Below, one piece after another: positions 23,475-32,000 of a stretch of 32,000 nt of DNA; the stretch's first letter is position 1, and every line of letters starts with the position of its first letter. Origin of the DNA: Opitutales bacterium. Lineage in GTDB: Bacteria > Verrucomicrobiota > Verrucomicrobiia > Opitutales > PNEW01. Made by a program: the position numbers and the translations under genes. Location of the stretch: positions 420,001 through 452,000 of the forward strand of contig CBDCNV010000001.1 in the NCBI GenBank assembly GCA_965219535.1, read 5' to 3'. Under the pieces are notes generated by a model that saw only the letters and a program-made list of their open reading frames with translations, did not search any database and was not told the origin of the DNA.

Positions 23475-24062
23475 TTATAATTTCTTGCGAACACGAGTTC
23501 TTCTCGTGGGGACCTGTGGTCTTTTCTTTTTCTTGATCGCTTCCAAATCATTTTTTGAAATTTGTGATAGTTGCTGGAACAGATCCTTTCTTCTTCTTCT
23601 CTCAGTATCAGGGAGTTGATTAATATTGGTCATGTTCGTCGGGTGAATGGTTTTAGCTAAAGAAATCTTCTGCTGAAACCCGTCTTTCGTAACAACAACT
23701 GTATAATTGAGTGGATCGTAATCGACTATTGTCATGTCCTCATAACTTTCGTTCATGCCCACCCAAAAAGCATCGTTGCTATTTTTATCTTGGAGACAAA
23801 AAATATATTCTCCGTCCAACTTTACAATCCCTCGCAGATCCAGGTTGCTGAGAGGAATACCAGGCTGATTGCTATTACTTTTAGTCGAACCTACTTTATT
23901 TTGATCAAAACCAGTTGGAATAAATGGTGAATTCGTGGTCAAATTTTGAATTTCTTCGGCTTTGACGTATTCCAATGCATAAACCTGCCCATGCAGAAAG
24001 GTTACTGGTATCAGGGCCACCAACAGAAATTTTTTTATGAATACTGGTTTAATGCTTCGCAT
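23475..24062 (-). CDS. Hypothetical secreted protein with a basic C-terminal tail
   Basis: 195-aa ORF. Signal peptide FLLVALIPVTFLHGQVYA. The central LDLRGIVKLDGEYIFCLQD...MTIVDYDPLNYTVVVTKDGFQQKISL weakly resembles the small beta-domain pattern of PilP/GspC-type proteins (speculative). The C-terminus is KKKKRPQVPTRRTRVRKKL. Confidence 0.5.
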   Translation of the reverse strand: MRSIKPVFIKKFLLVALIPVTFLHGQVYALEYVKAEEIQNLTTNSPFIPTGFDQNKVGSTKSNSNQPGIPLSNLDLRGIVKLDGEYIFCLQDKNSNDAFWVGMNESYEDMTIVDYDPLNYTVVVTKDGFQQKISLAKTIHPTNMTNINQLPDTERRRRKDLFQQLSQISKNDLEAIKKKKRPQVPTRRTRVRKKL

Positions 24063-24142
24063 AACCGATTATAATATTCTCACATCTTGGTAATCGCGTC
24101 AACTCAAAGGGGAATTATGCAACGATGAATGAAGATGCAGTT

Positions 24143-25672
24143 TTATTTCGCATTCTCGCTTTTGCGTAGTAGGGCTGCTCCGGTAGTATAATTGTGATGA
24201 GCCGCAGAAAGGCGATGCCAAGTGAGAAAGCTTTTAATGTCTTCGCGATTCCATTGAGGAGAGTGTTGATTATTAAAAGCAGGATGAAACCAGATCAGCT
24301 TTTCGAATGAGGAGAGTGTCAGCGGTGTTCCGCCCCATTCCGGATAAGACATGTCATAACCTGGTTCACAAACATCAAAGCTGATACCGAGATAACCTCC
24401 GGGCTTAAGGACTCGTACTGTTTCATCAACGGCCGTATTTTTATCCTCCTGATGCTCGATCACTGATAAGCTAGTTACAACATCTATAGTCGCGGTATCA
24501 ATGGGAAGTTGACAGGAATCAGTGATTACCCAGTTAACATCCACTTCCAGTTTATTACGCACAGCCTCCCACTGATTTACCCAATTGGTTTGGGTCTCTA
24601 CAATGGTGACGTGAGCTCCTTTCAAAGCAATCATCCAGGGCCAAGGCGATTGTTCACTGCCTATGTCGAGTAGATGTACATCTTTCCAGTTTAATCGATT
24701 TAAACCTTGAAACCATAGCCGTGGATACTCCCAGTTTTTTGCCCAGTTACAAAAGGTGCGCAAGCCGAGCGGTTCAGCTAGTTCATTAAGGGTATCTATG
24801 AACGCGCAATAATCAGGGCTAAAAGTCTCTTCTAAATTAGCTAAATAGCGTGGGCTGTTGACAGTGCGCTCTCGCTTCCTGGCAATTGTAATTTCATGAG
24901 AAGTTTGCCAACAATCATCGTTTTCCAGGACTTCAAAATCACAGGTATTAAGAATTGTTGCAATTGATGAGCGGGTAAAAATAAACGCGTGTTCTTCGGG
25001 ATCGAATACATTGGTGTTAAGTGATTCGACATCTGTGTTTTCATTAATCAAAGGTAATTGCAGATAGAGAATACCCTTGGGATGAAGTTGACGGTGAGCG
25101 GCCTTAAGAAACGCAACCGGATCGCGCGAGTGTTCCAGAACATCGCAAGCCACAATCAGTTCAGCTTTTGGTAGATTATCGACGTCGGGGAATACCCCGG
25201 ATCTTACATCGAGATCAGCTATTTTATTTACCTCAGATGCGGTATGTGGATCAGGTTCAATGCCGATCGTTTTCCAACCCAACCCCTTCAACGCAATTAA
25301 AAGGGATCCCTCAGCACAGCCGACCTCAATCACACGTCCGGGGGTAGAGATGTGTTTTTTAATGCTCGTTAGCCATTTGTTCACTCTACCATCTTCCACA
25401 AAAATTGCCTGGCGCTCTTCTAAAACGGGGTGTTCCTTATGCATCTGCCGTTTCTGCCAATAGCCACGATAGGAGTAAAATGACGATACTGCTTCGGATT
25501 TAATTCGTCGACGGGCATAGTGGGTAGCACAGCGTTCACATTCAAGATAGTCGGGAGAAAATCTGCTTACGGAATTACTTTTCCAACCGCACCAACACCT
25601 GTCGGAAACTTCAAAACGGGCATCGGTATCAAAATCAACGTGCCCGTTTTCAGTATTTATTTCGTTATTCAT
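24143..25672 (-). CDS. Double class-I SAM-dependent methyltransferase with an N-terminal Cys4 zinc-ribbon
   Basis: CWCGW...CERCATHY (4 Cys). First MTase domain: VIEVGCAEGSLLIALKGLGWKTIGIEPD, ACDVLEH, LHPKGILYLQLP. Second MTase domain: LLDIGSEQSPW..VTIVE, IDVVTSLSVIEH, LKPGGYLGISFD. The track ORF starts with TTG at 25726. The ATG at 25672 (MNNEINTEN) overlaps the upstream stop by only 8 nt and is preferred. Confidence 0.8.
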   Translation of the reverse strand: MNNEINTENGHVDFDTDARFEVSDRCWCGWKSNSVSRFSPDYLECERCATHYARRRIKSEAVSSFYSYRGYWQKRQMHKEHPVLEERQAIFVEDGRVNKWLTSIKKHISTPGRVIEVGCAEGSLLIALKGLGWKTIGIEPDPHTASEVNKIADLDVRSGVFPDVDNLPKAELIVACDVLEHSRDPVAFLKAAHRQLHPKGILYLQLPLINENTDVESLNTNVFDPEEHAFIFTRSSIATILNTCDFEVLENDDCWQTSHEITIARKRERTVNSPRYLANLEETFSPDYCAFIDTLNELAEPLGLRTFCNWAKNWEYPRLWFQGLNRLNWKDVHLLDIGSEQSPWPWMIALKGAHVTIVETQTNWVNQWEAVRNKLEVDVNWVITDSCQLPIDTATIDVVTSLSVIEHQEDKNTAVDETVRVLKPGGYLGISFDVCEPGYDMSYPEWGGTPLTLSSFEKLIWFHPAFNNQHSPQWNREDIKSFLTWHRLSAAHHNYTTGAALLRKSENAK

Positions 25673-26396
25673 TAATAGAGTAACCAAATTTTGAAAATTC
25701 CCCGACCTCAGTTTTTTCCAATGCAACCTTCCAGGCTTCGTCTTCTTTCCACAACTCGTTATTTCCAGACCGATAGAAAGTGCGCTCGCCGTCTTTTGTT
25801 ATTCGATCGAAATGTGTCCACCAAAAGACATATTCAGATTTTAGTTTTGGTGTAACACCAATGAAATCTACGATTTTCTGTAACTCTTCGTGCCCAGCTT
25901 TGAGTGCTTCAAAGCGAACGATTAATACTTTCTCCGGATTATCTTCATATAATCGAAACGCCTTATCGTAGAACTCTCGATAGAGATTAAAATTTTCCTT
26001 TATCCAGACAACAGTGTCATCAATCTTTAATCCCCAGCGTTCGCAAGCAGTAAGATATAAACTGTAGACGCTGGCATAGGGATTGCGGATGAGAATTATG
26101 GTCGGGTTAGGTCCGTCTTGTGGTTGTCCGTGCAAGCCATTAGGAGCCGCATTAATAAATACCGGTTGATAGGGTACCGTATCCGATCTGAGTTTCAATG
26201 CATAGAGAGCCATCGGTTCCAGCTCTTCCTGGCGCTGTATTGCCTCCTCATCGTTAACAAATTCGTTTTCAAAAAATACGAGATCGAAGAGCCCCGTGAA
26301 ACAATTCCACAGAAAATGGCTGCCCGTGCGTAAGAACGCGTAGTAGTCCAACTTGCGTGCCAAACGAGTGCCAAAAAAGTATTTATCTTTGTCCAT
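25665..26396 (-). CDS. Sulfotransferase-family protein
   Basis: 243 aa. A 5'-PSB-like LRTGSHFLWN, a 3'-PB-like IILIRNPYASVYS, then VRFEALKAGHEELQKIVDFIGV and FYRSGNNELWKED. Order and spacing match PAPS-dependent sulfotransferases. Confidence 0.65.
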   Translation of the reverse strand: MDKDKYFFGTRLARKLDYYAFLRTGSHFLWNCFTGLFDLVFFENEFVNDEEAIQRQEELEPMALYALKLRSDTVPYQPVFINAAPNGLHGQPQDGPNPTIILIRNPYASVYSLYLTACERWGLKIDDTVVWIKENFNLYREFYDKAFRLYEDNPEKVLIVRFEALKAGHEELQKIVDFIGVTPKLKSEYVFWWTHFDRITKDGERTFYRSGNNELWKEDEAWKVALEKTEVGEFSKFGYSINE

Positions 26397-26596
26397 CGAA
26401 TTTTAAGAAACTAAAGAGTGTAGCCGCTGTCTCCAACGAAGCAAACTTAGAATTATTACGCCCTGACTTTAAAACGTGTTAATTTCTGCTTTTGAAATTA
26501 AATGTAGATTATTAAAGGAGTCTTTTTTTGTTAGTTTAAAGATGGCTTGCCACATTTTATCACTTTGATATAAGTAATCTTTTGAATATACAGGGT

Positions 26597-28519
26597 ATGA
26601 AATTTATTAAAAATAAAATAATACGCGTTTTCATTTTAATCTCTGCTTTGTTTTTTATCTCGGAACTACCGGGATTCGCACAACCAAAAGCGCCCCCCAC
26701 TGCGCCCCCGGTTATAATAAATGATCAATCTATAGCTGTTAATCCGAAGGGTGAAATTCAAGCGGCGGCAACTCAATATTCGATTGGTGACCCAACGGCT
26801 GAAGAGCAGCTTGTTTTAGAATTTATAAATCGCGCGCGCGCTGATGCCAACGCGGAGGCACAGAGGTTAGTTACGACGACAGATGAAGATGTATTAAGCG
26901 CGATAGATTTTTTCGGAGTCGATCTCGGTGTCGTGGTCAACCAGTTTGCGACTCTCACGCAAACGCTTCCGCCGCTCTCCATGAATGCGCAACTCACAAC
27001 CGCCGCGAGATTGCACAGCCAGGACATGTTCAATAATGTATTTCAAGGACATTTTAGTTCAGATGATCCGGTATCACCGAATGAGCCGGGAGATAGCAGT
27101 GGGGACCGCGCGAGACATCAAGGATACACTTTCATGAATTTAGGGGAAAATGTTTTTTCATTTGCTCGATCAGTTTTTGAATCGCATGCGGCATTTGAAA
27201 TTGATTGGGGTTTTACTCCGACTGGCATTCAAGATCCACCCGGACATCGAACCAACATTCACGGGTCTGCATTTCGGGAGGCTGGGATTGGTATCGTTCT
27301 TGGAACAAATAGTTCAGGGGATGACTCGGTGGGGCCTATACTAATCACCCATGATTTCGGTGTTCAGTTAATCGGAGCTACCCCTTTTATTACAGGTGTT
27401 ACCTACGACGATCAAAATGGAAACGCCTTTTATGATTTAGGTGAAGGATTGGGTGGCATTAATGTTGACGTCAATGGCTCTGATTTTTTTGCCGTGACTG
27501 TGACAACGGGTGGCTACTCTGTTCCCGTGCCGGGAAACGGCAATTATTCGGTGACATTTTCCAGTCCATCAATAACCGATCAGACAACCCAGGTTGTCAT
27601 ATCCAATTCTGAAAATAAAAAGCTCGATTATACGCCACAAGCAGCAGGCAGTAATGGTGGAAATGGAAGTGAGCCTGAACCTAATGCGCTGATTATTGGA
27701 GGTACGGGGGATATCGCGGGAGAGGACATCATGCACCCGAATGGGAATGTCTTCGACCAGGTCCTGCTCACCGGACAAAGCATTCAGCTTCAAGCCAAGA
27801 CGGGGCAGATTACGCGCGTCTCTTTCATGGACGAAGACGAGGATATCGTTCAGGTAGAGTTCTCTGGAAACGGAACTTTTACTGTGACCCTGGATCCAGC
27901 CACCTTCCTGCCACCAGCCATTCCCCCGCGCTACAACCAGGCAGTAGAGTATGTAACGGGGAAACCGAGCGTGGTTATCGATGGTGCGGATTCCAATACT
28001 TTCTTCAGTATCTTTACCGTGGGGATGATCAATGCGGTGAACCAGGCTTTGTTCCCCGCGGGTCAGGTCTATGACGCTGAAGCGGACGTGACCCTGGTAG
28101 AAGTGACCAATTCCACGGGGATGGGCGGGATGCAGCTTTCAAACACTGTATTTAGTGGTAGTTCAGGTAAGGTTGGCTTGGATGCGCGAGGAGTGCCGAT
28201 TGCAGTACGCCTGACTGTAGGCGATATTGATGCATCGGGCAGTGCGATACCACACCTGCTTTTTGGGTCGGGGTCCTTCACGGTGCCTGCCGGCAACCCC
28301 GGTTTGCGTATCACTGGAGGAGACTTGGATCAAACGAATAATGCATCGATCGTGATCGCGGAAAGCGGATCGACGACTCCCGGATTTGAGACTTTGATCT
28401 TTCAGAACAACTTCAAGTCTGACAATACACCTCAGCCAACGCAGAACAACGCGGCCACTTTTGTCAATGAGGATGGAGTGGAAATCACCAAACCCGTCGA
28501 CGAGATTACGATTGAGTAA
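26597..28519 (+). CDS. Secreted modular protein: signal peptide, CAP/SCP/PR-1-like domain, a small beta-sandwich (carboxypeptidase-regulatory-like) domain, and the shared C-terminal module
   Basis: The track ORF starts with TTG at 26582, but the ATG at 26597 (MKFIKNKIIRVFILISALFFISELPGFAQ) is preferred. CAP-like: EEQLVLEFINRARADANAEA, PLSMNAQLTTAARLHSQDM, GHFS, GENV, PPGHRTNI. Then GVTYDDQNGNAFYDLGEGLGGINVDVNG..GGYSVPVPGNGNYSVTF. The C-terminal ~275 aa match the shared module and end in DEITIE. Confidence 0.85.
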   Translation: MKFIKNKIIRVFILISALFFISELPGFAQPKAPPTAPPVIINDQSIAVNPKGEIQAAATQYSIGDPTAEEQLVLEFINRARADANAEAQRLVTTTDEDVLSAIDFFGVDLGVVVNQFATLTQTLPPLSMNAQLTTAARLHSQDMFNNVFQGHFSSDDPVSPNEPGDSSGDRARHQGYTFMNLGENVFSFARSVFESHAAFEIDWGFTPTGIQDPPGHRTNIHGSAFREAGIGIVLGTNSSGDDSVGPILITHDFGVQLIGATPFITGVTYDDQNGNAFYDLGEGLGGINVDVNGSDFFAVTVTTGGYSVPVPGNGNYSVTFSSPSITDQTTQVVISNSENKKLDYTPQAAGSNGGNGSEPEPNALIIGGTGDIAGEDIMHPNGNVFDQVLLTGQSIQLQAKTGQITRVSFMDEDEDIVQVEFSGNGTFTVTLDPATFLPPAIPPRYNQAVEYVTGKPSVVIDGADSNTFFSIFTVGMINAVNQALFPAGQVYDAEADVTLVEVTNSTGMGGMQLSNTVFSGSSGKVGLDARGVPIAVRLTVGDIDASGSAIPHLLFGSGSFTVPAGNPGLRITGGDLDQTNNASIVIAESGSTTPGFETLIFQNNFKSDNTPQPTQNNAATFVNEDGVEITKPVDEITIE

Positions 28520-28587
28520 TAGAAGATCCGGGTTAACCTGATCTCAACAATCTTATTAATTAAATCAGTACTTTCACCGGGAAAGTC

Positions 28588-29766
28588 ATGTCTGCTGACT
28601 TTATAATTTCTTTTATTATCCCCTCTTATCAGCAGGGTGTACATTTAAAAAAATGCCTCGACAGTATTGCCGAACAAGGTCTGTCGAGGGAACAATATGA
28701 ATTACTTGTTTACGACGGGGGAAGCGAGGATGATACTATCGAATTGTTAAAAAAGCATTCGCTCCATCCAACCTGGGTCAGTCAACCTGACCATGGGCAA
28801 GCGAGCGCTGTCAATCGCGGGTTGCAAGAGGCAAAAGGTAAAGTGATTGCCTGGATTAACTCAGATGACTACTATTTGCCTGGTGCGATCAAAAAGGTCC
28901 TCGACTTTTTTAATAAACATCCCGAGGTGGATATTCTTTACGGCGATGCTGATATTGTAAACGAAAACGGGAATAAGCTTTACCCTTATCCGACAGAGGA
29001 ATGGAACTATGCACAGTTGGCGGATATTTGTTTCATCTGCCAACCAGCAACATTTTTCCGCGCAACTTTGATTGAGAAACACGGTCTTTTAGATGAATCA
29101 CTGGATCTTGCCATCGATTACGAATACTGGCTCCGAATTGGGAAAAGCCAGGAACTGCATTATTTAAAAGAACCTCTGGCCTGTTCACGGCTTTACGGAG
29201 ATGCGAAGACATTGAGGATGAAAACACGAAGTGATGCGGAAGCGCTTTTTGTTTCTCGTCGCCATACCGGTAAATGGTCAGACAAGTGGAGAATAGGATT
29301 GGCGCGTCATAAAACGAAAGATTGGATGAGCCTTTTTTCATCAAAAAATGATACAATCGCGCAAATGATTTATACCGGAGTTGAACAAAATTTGGATTTC
29401 AAATTAAGCGGAATGGAAATTACGGATGTGCTCTCCAGTCCACCGCAGGATTTATGGGATAGAACCCCGGAGGAACTGGGAAAGTTTATTGAAATGCTGG
29501 ATAAAGACCGCAATGCGTGGAAGGGAAATGCCGAACGCGCACAGAAAGAAGTCGAAGCCGCTCATGAATCTCTCAGGTCCGCTCACGCATCAAACAAAGA
29601 GTTTCAATCGAATATCGAGAATTTAGATAATAAACATCGTAAAGAAATTGAACTGTCAGGGCTGCGAATAGAGGATCTTTCACGCCAGCTTACCGCTTTA
29701 AGAGGCAACTTTTGGGTGAAAATGGGAAGAAAAATGAAAATAATAAACCCAGATAAATCACCATGA
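28588..29766 (+). CDS. Family-2 glycosyltransferase (GT-A) with a coiled-coil-like C-terminal extension
   Basis: FIIPSYQQGVHLKKCLDSIAEQ, LLVYDGGSEDDT and WINSDDYY. The last ~100 aa are heptad-rich (KEVEAAHESLRSAHASNKEFQSNIENLDNKHRKEIE). The stop overlaps the next start (ATGA). Confidence 0.85.
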   Translation: MSADFIISFIIPSYQQGVHLKKCLDSIAEQGLSREQYELLVYDGGSEDDTIELLKKHSLHPTWVSQPDHGQASAVNRGLQEAKGKVIAWINSDDYYLPGAIKKVLDFFNKHPEVDILYGDADIVNENGNKLYPYPTEEWNYAQLADICFICQPATFFRATLIEKHGLLDESLDLAIDYEYWLRIGKSQELHYLKEPLACSRLYGDAKTLRMKTRSDAEALFVSRRHTGKWSDKWRIGLARHKTKDWMSLFSSKNDTIAQMIYTGVEQNLDFKLSGMEITDVLSSPPQDLWDRTPEELGKFIEMLDKDRNAWKGNAERAQKEVEAAHESLRSAHASNKEFQSNIENLDNKHRKEIELSGLRIEDLSRQLTALRGNFWVKMGRKMKIINPDKSP

Positions 29767-30290
29767 ATAAAGAAGTAAAGCAGGGCAAAATTGATTTATC
29801 AGCAATTCACTCTGTAATGCAAAAAGAACTGGACTGGAAAACCAAGTCTCAACTTCTTGACCGCATGTTTTCTGAAAGCGATGATCGTGAGTTAACAATG
29901 ATAAAACATCAACAATGGGAAGAAATAGAAAGTTTTATTTCTCAGGCCGTTGACGGTAATCATCCGAAAGTGAAAGGGCCCGCCCTCTATCGACGATTTC
30001 GACGAAAACAGGGGAAAGTAAATCGAATGATAATACTGGTTCTATCCAGATTTTTAGAGTTGATCAAAAGTATCGATAAGCGGCTGCATAAAGTTGAGAT
30101 TATACCTTTAAATAATTATCGCCATCATGACGAATCAGCTATGCAATCCGAAAACGAATTGCGAGCTACTGATGAATTAAAATCTGATTTAAAAGATATG
30201 CGCCATAAATTAAATTTATTAGAAGAAGAAATTAATAAAATTGAAAAATCGCGTCCATCATCAGAGACGTCGCCTGTTAACGAGGTTTAA
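29763..30290 (+). CDS. Hypothetical protein, charged and coiled-coil-like
   Basis: 175-aa ORF translationally coupled to the GT2 gene by an ATGA overlap. The C-terminal LKSDLKDMRHKLNLLEEEINKIEK is coiled-coil-like. No family recognised. Confidence 0.55.
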   Translation: MNKEVKQGKIDLSAIHSVMQKELDWKTKSQLLDRMFSESDDRELTMIKHQQWEEIESFISQAVDGNHPKVKGPALYRRFRRKQGKVNRMIILVLSRFLELIKSIDKRLHKVEIIPLNNYRHHDESAMQSENELRATDELKSDLKDMRHKLNLLEEEINKIEKSRPSSETSPVNEV

Positions 30291-30328
30291 GTTTCGAACG
30301 AGCGGGAGTTATCCCCTCGTATCTTAAT

Positions 30329-31375
30329 ATGAGGATTCTTATCACAACGACACAAGTGCCATTTTGTTATGGGGGCGCTGAAATGCTTGCTGAAACATTG
30401 AAAAATGCATTCTTGGAAGAAGGGCATGAAGCGGAAATTGTCGCCATACCTTTTCGCTGGTACCCACCGGAAGAAATCCTCGATCATCTTTTAGCCTGCC
30501 GGATGCTCGATATTAGAGAAAGCAATGGTGTTCCCATTGACCTGGTCGTAGGTCTTAAATTTCCCGCCTATCACATTAAACATCCTAATAAAGTTCTCTG
30601 GATTCTCCATCAACACCGCTCGGCTTTTGATTTGTGGGAAAATACCGGCAATGATATGGCTGCTTTTCCCAACGGGGATAAAATAAAACAGGGTATAGGA
30701 CATCTCGAAATGCAATTGCTTTTGGAGGCTAAACGCATTCATACACTATCTTCTAATGTATCCCGTCGACTTGAAAAATATAGCCGAATCTCTGCACCCC
30801 CTCTTTATCCTCCACCTCCCCAGGCGGAAAGTTTCTATTGTGAGGATGCAGAGGATTATATTTATTATCCCAGTCGATTAGAAGTTCTCAAACGTCATGA
30901 TTTAGTTATTCGCGCACTAGCTTGCACCAAAAAGCCAGTTAAAATTTATTTTTCCGGCCGACCGATCAAACCAGAATTCCTGAACGATTTGAAAAGTTTA
31001 GCAGAAGAATTAAAAGTTAGTGATCGTATTTCCTGGTTTGATTGGATTAGCGATGAAGAAAAACAGAAAAAGTACGCACGGTCGAGAGCAGTATTATTTA
31101 CTCCACTCGATGAAGATTACGGATACGTTACCCTCGAAGCTATGCTTTCCTCTAAGGCGGTCGTAACATGCAGTGATTCAGGTGGACCTCTCGAATTTAT
31201 TAATCATGAAGTTAACGGGTTGGTTGCCGAACCCACACCTGAGTCTCTGGGGGAGCGTTTGGACGAGATTTGGGGCGATCCCGGGTTTGCGATAAAAGCA
31301 GGGCGACTCGGTAATGAAAAATATCACTCGTTGAATTTATCCTGGAAACACGTCGTTCAGACATTAACACAATGA
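30329..31375 (+). CDS. GT-B glycosyltransferase (GT4/GT1-like)
   Basis: 348 aa. The C-terminal EDYGYVTLEAMLSSKAVVTCSDSGGPLEFINHEVNGLV contains the E-x7-E motif of retaining GT-B enzymes. Confidence 0.85.
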   Translation: MRILITTTQVPFCYGGAEMLAETLKNAFLEEGHEAEIVAIPFRWYPPEEILDHLLACRMLDIRESNGVPIDLVVGLKFPAYHIKHPNKVLWILHQHRSAFDLWENTGNDMAAFPNGDKIKQGIGHLEMQLLLEAKRIHTLSSNVSRRLEKYSRISAPPLYPPPPQAESFYCEDAEDYIYYPSRLEVLKRHDLVIRALACTKKPVKIYFSGRPIKPEFLNDLKSLAEELKVSDRISWFDWISDEEKQKKYARSRAVLFTPLDEDYGYVTLEAMLSSKAVVTCSDSGGPLEFINHEVNGLVAEPTPESLGERLDEIWGDPGFAIKAGRLGNEKYHSLNLSWKHVVQTLTQ

Positions 31376-32000
31376 AAATCAATTGGTTTTCTCCTCTTCC
31401 TCCTGCACGTACCGATATAGCCCATTATACGGCGAGAATAATTCCTGTCCTTTCACAGGTTAGTGACTTAACGCTTTGGACTTACCAGCAAGAGTGGGAT
31501 AAAGGTCTTGAACACTATGCACCTGTTCTTTCTTTCAAAGAGGATAAACTGGATTGGTCGAAATTGAATAGAGCGGATGCGACACTCTACAATATAGGAA
31601 ATGATGGGATCTATCACAGAGATATTTTTTCATTCAGCCAACAGCATTCAGGTATTATTTTGCTTCATGACTTTAATCTGCATGAACTGTTTGAAGGCAT
31701 TTACCGTTCTCAAAGCGATTACAAGTACCTGGAAATGCTTCGCCGTATTTATGGTTCGAAAGGATTGGAAGAGGGAATAAAGTATATCAACGGTGAGACA
31801 TCTAAGGACGCGATGATTACAATGTTCCCATTTTACGAGCTTGCATTAAACAATTCTCTCGGAGCTGTAATTCATAATTTTGATAATTTAGAATACGCGT
31901 CGGATAATAACCCTGCGCCAGTTTTCTATACTCCGTTGCCCTATGCTAACGAAAATAATCTCAGGCCTTTGAATTCCAGAATTAGTTCAACGGAAAAAAG
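31372..32000 (+). CDS. Probable glycosyltransferase, N-terminal part. The ORF runs off the window and is absent from the ORF track.
   Basis: ATG 31372 overlaps the GT4 stop (ATGA). Hand translation is open for 209 codons to the window end: MKINWFSPLPPARTDIAHYTARIIPVLSQ...GIILLHDFNLHELF... An N-terminus of this style is seen in GT-B glycosyltransferases. The coding call is firmer than the product call. Confidence 0.6.
   Translation, partial: MKINWFSPLPPARTDIAHYTARIIPVLSQVSDLTLWTYQQEWDKGLEHYAPVLSFKEDKLDWSKLNRADATLYNIGNDGIYHRDIFSFSQQHSGIILLHDFNLHELFEGIYRSQSDYKYLEMLRRIYGSKGLEEGIKYINGETSKDAMITMFPFYELALNNSLGAVIHNFDNLEYASDNNPAPVFYTPLPYANENNLRPLNSRISSTEK

Overview
This 32-kb window looks chromosomal, with mid-40s % G+C by eye, and TAA, TAG and TGA are all used as stops. 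It probably comes from a marine or host-associated Gram-negative bacterium. A PVC-superphylum origin is only a low-confidence guess from gene content.

Housekeeping genes are interleaved with accessory cell-surface loci. The housekeeping set is a PHP phosphoesterase, an orphan family-5 solute-binding protein, PPi-type phosphofructokinase, purB, folA, rsmD, rsmE and tRNA-Gly(UCC).

The main non-obvious structure is a four-member family of signal-peptide-bearing modular proteins:
- 1..1575 on the minus strand. It is partial and absent from the ORF track because it has no stop in the window.
- 12437..14725.
- 19228..22752, split by a single in-frame TGA.
- 26597..28519.

Their N-terminal heads are unrelated: tandem beta-sandwich-like modules plus an Ig-like domain, about 20 LRRs plus RCC1 blades, and a CAP/SCP/PR-1 domain. 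All share one ~275-aa C-terminal module, and the three complete copies end in an invariant EITIE. I cannot place this module in any family I know. Between copies the protein sequence is conserved while synonymous sites are heavily diverged.

The family is embedded among glycan and lipid modification genes: a sulfotransferase translationally coupled to a double methyltransferase, a GT2/GT4/GT operon, two SDR epimerases, and a CDP-alcohol phosphatidyltransferase fusion. I read this as a candidate undescribed surface-display, anchoring or export module for eukaryote-like interaction domains. That is a hypothesis, not a demonstration.

Other points are a doubly frameshifted 3' end of the solute-binding gene, and direct repeats flanking that gene with a variable heptamer tract. 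There is also an intergenic hairpin family with a conserved AGGGACA loop and one compensatory stem change, and a palindrome-dense block beside the tRNA. No CRISPR array, transposase, integrase or rRNA was seen.
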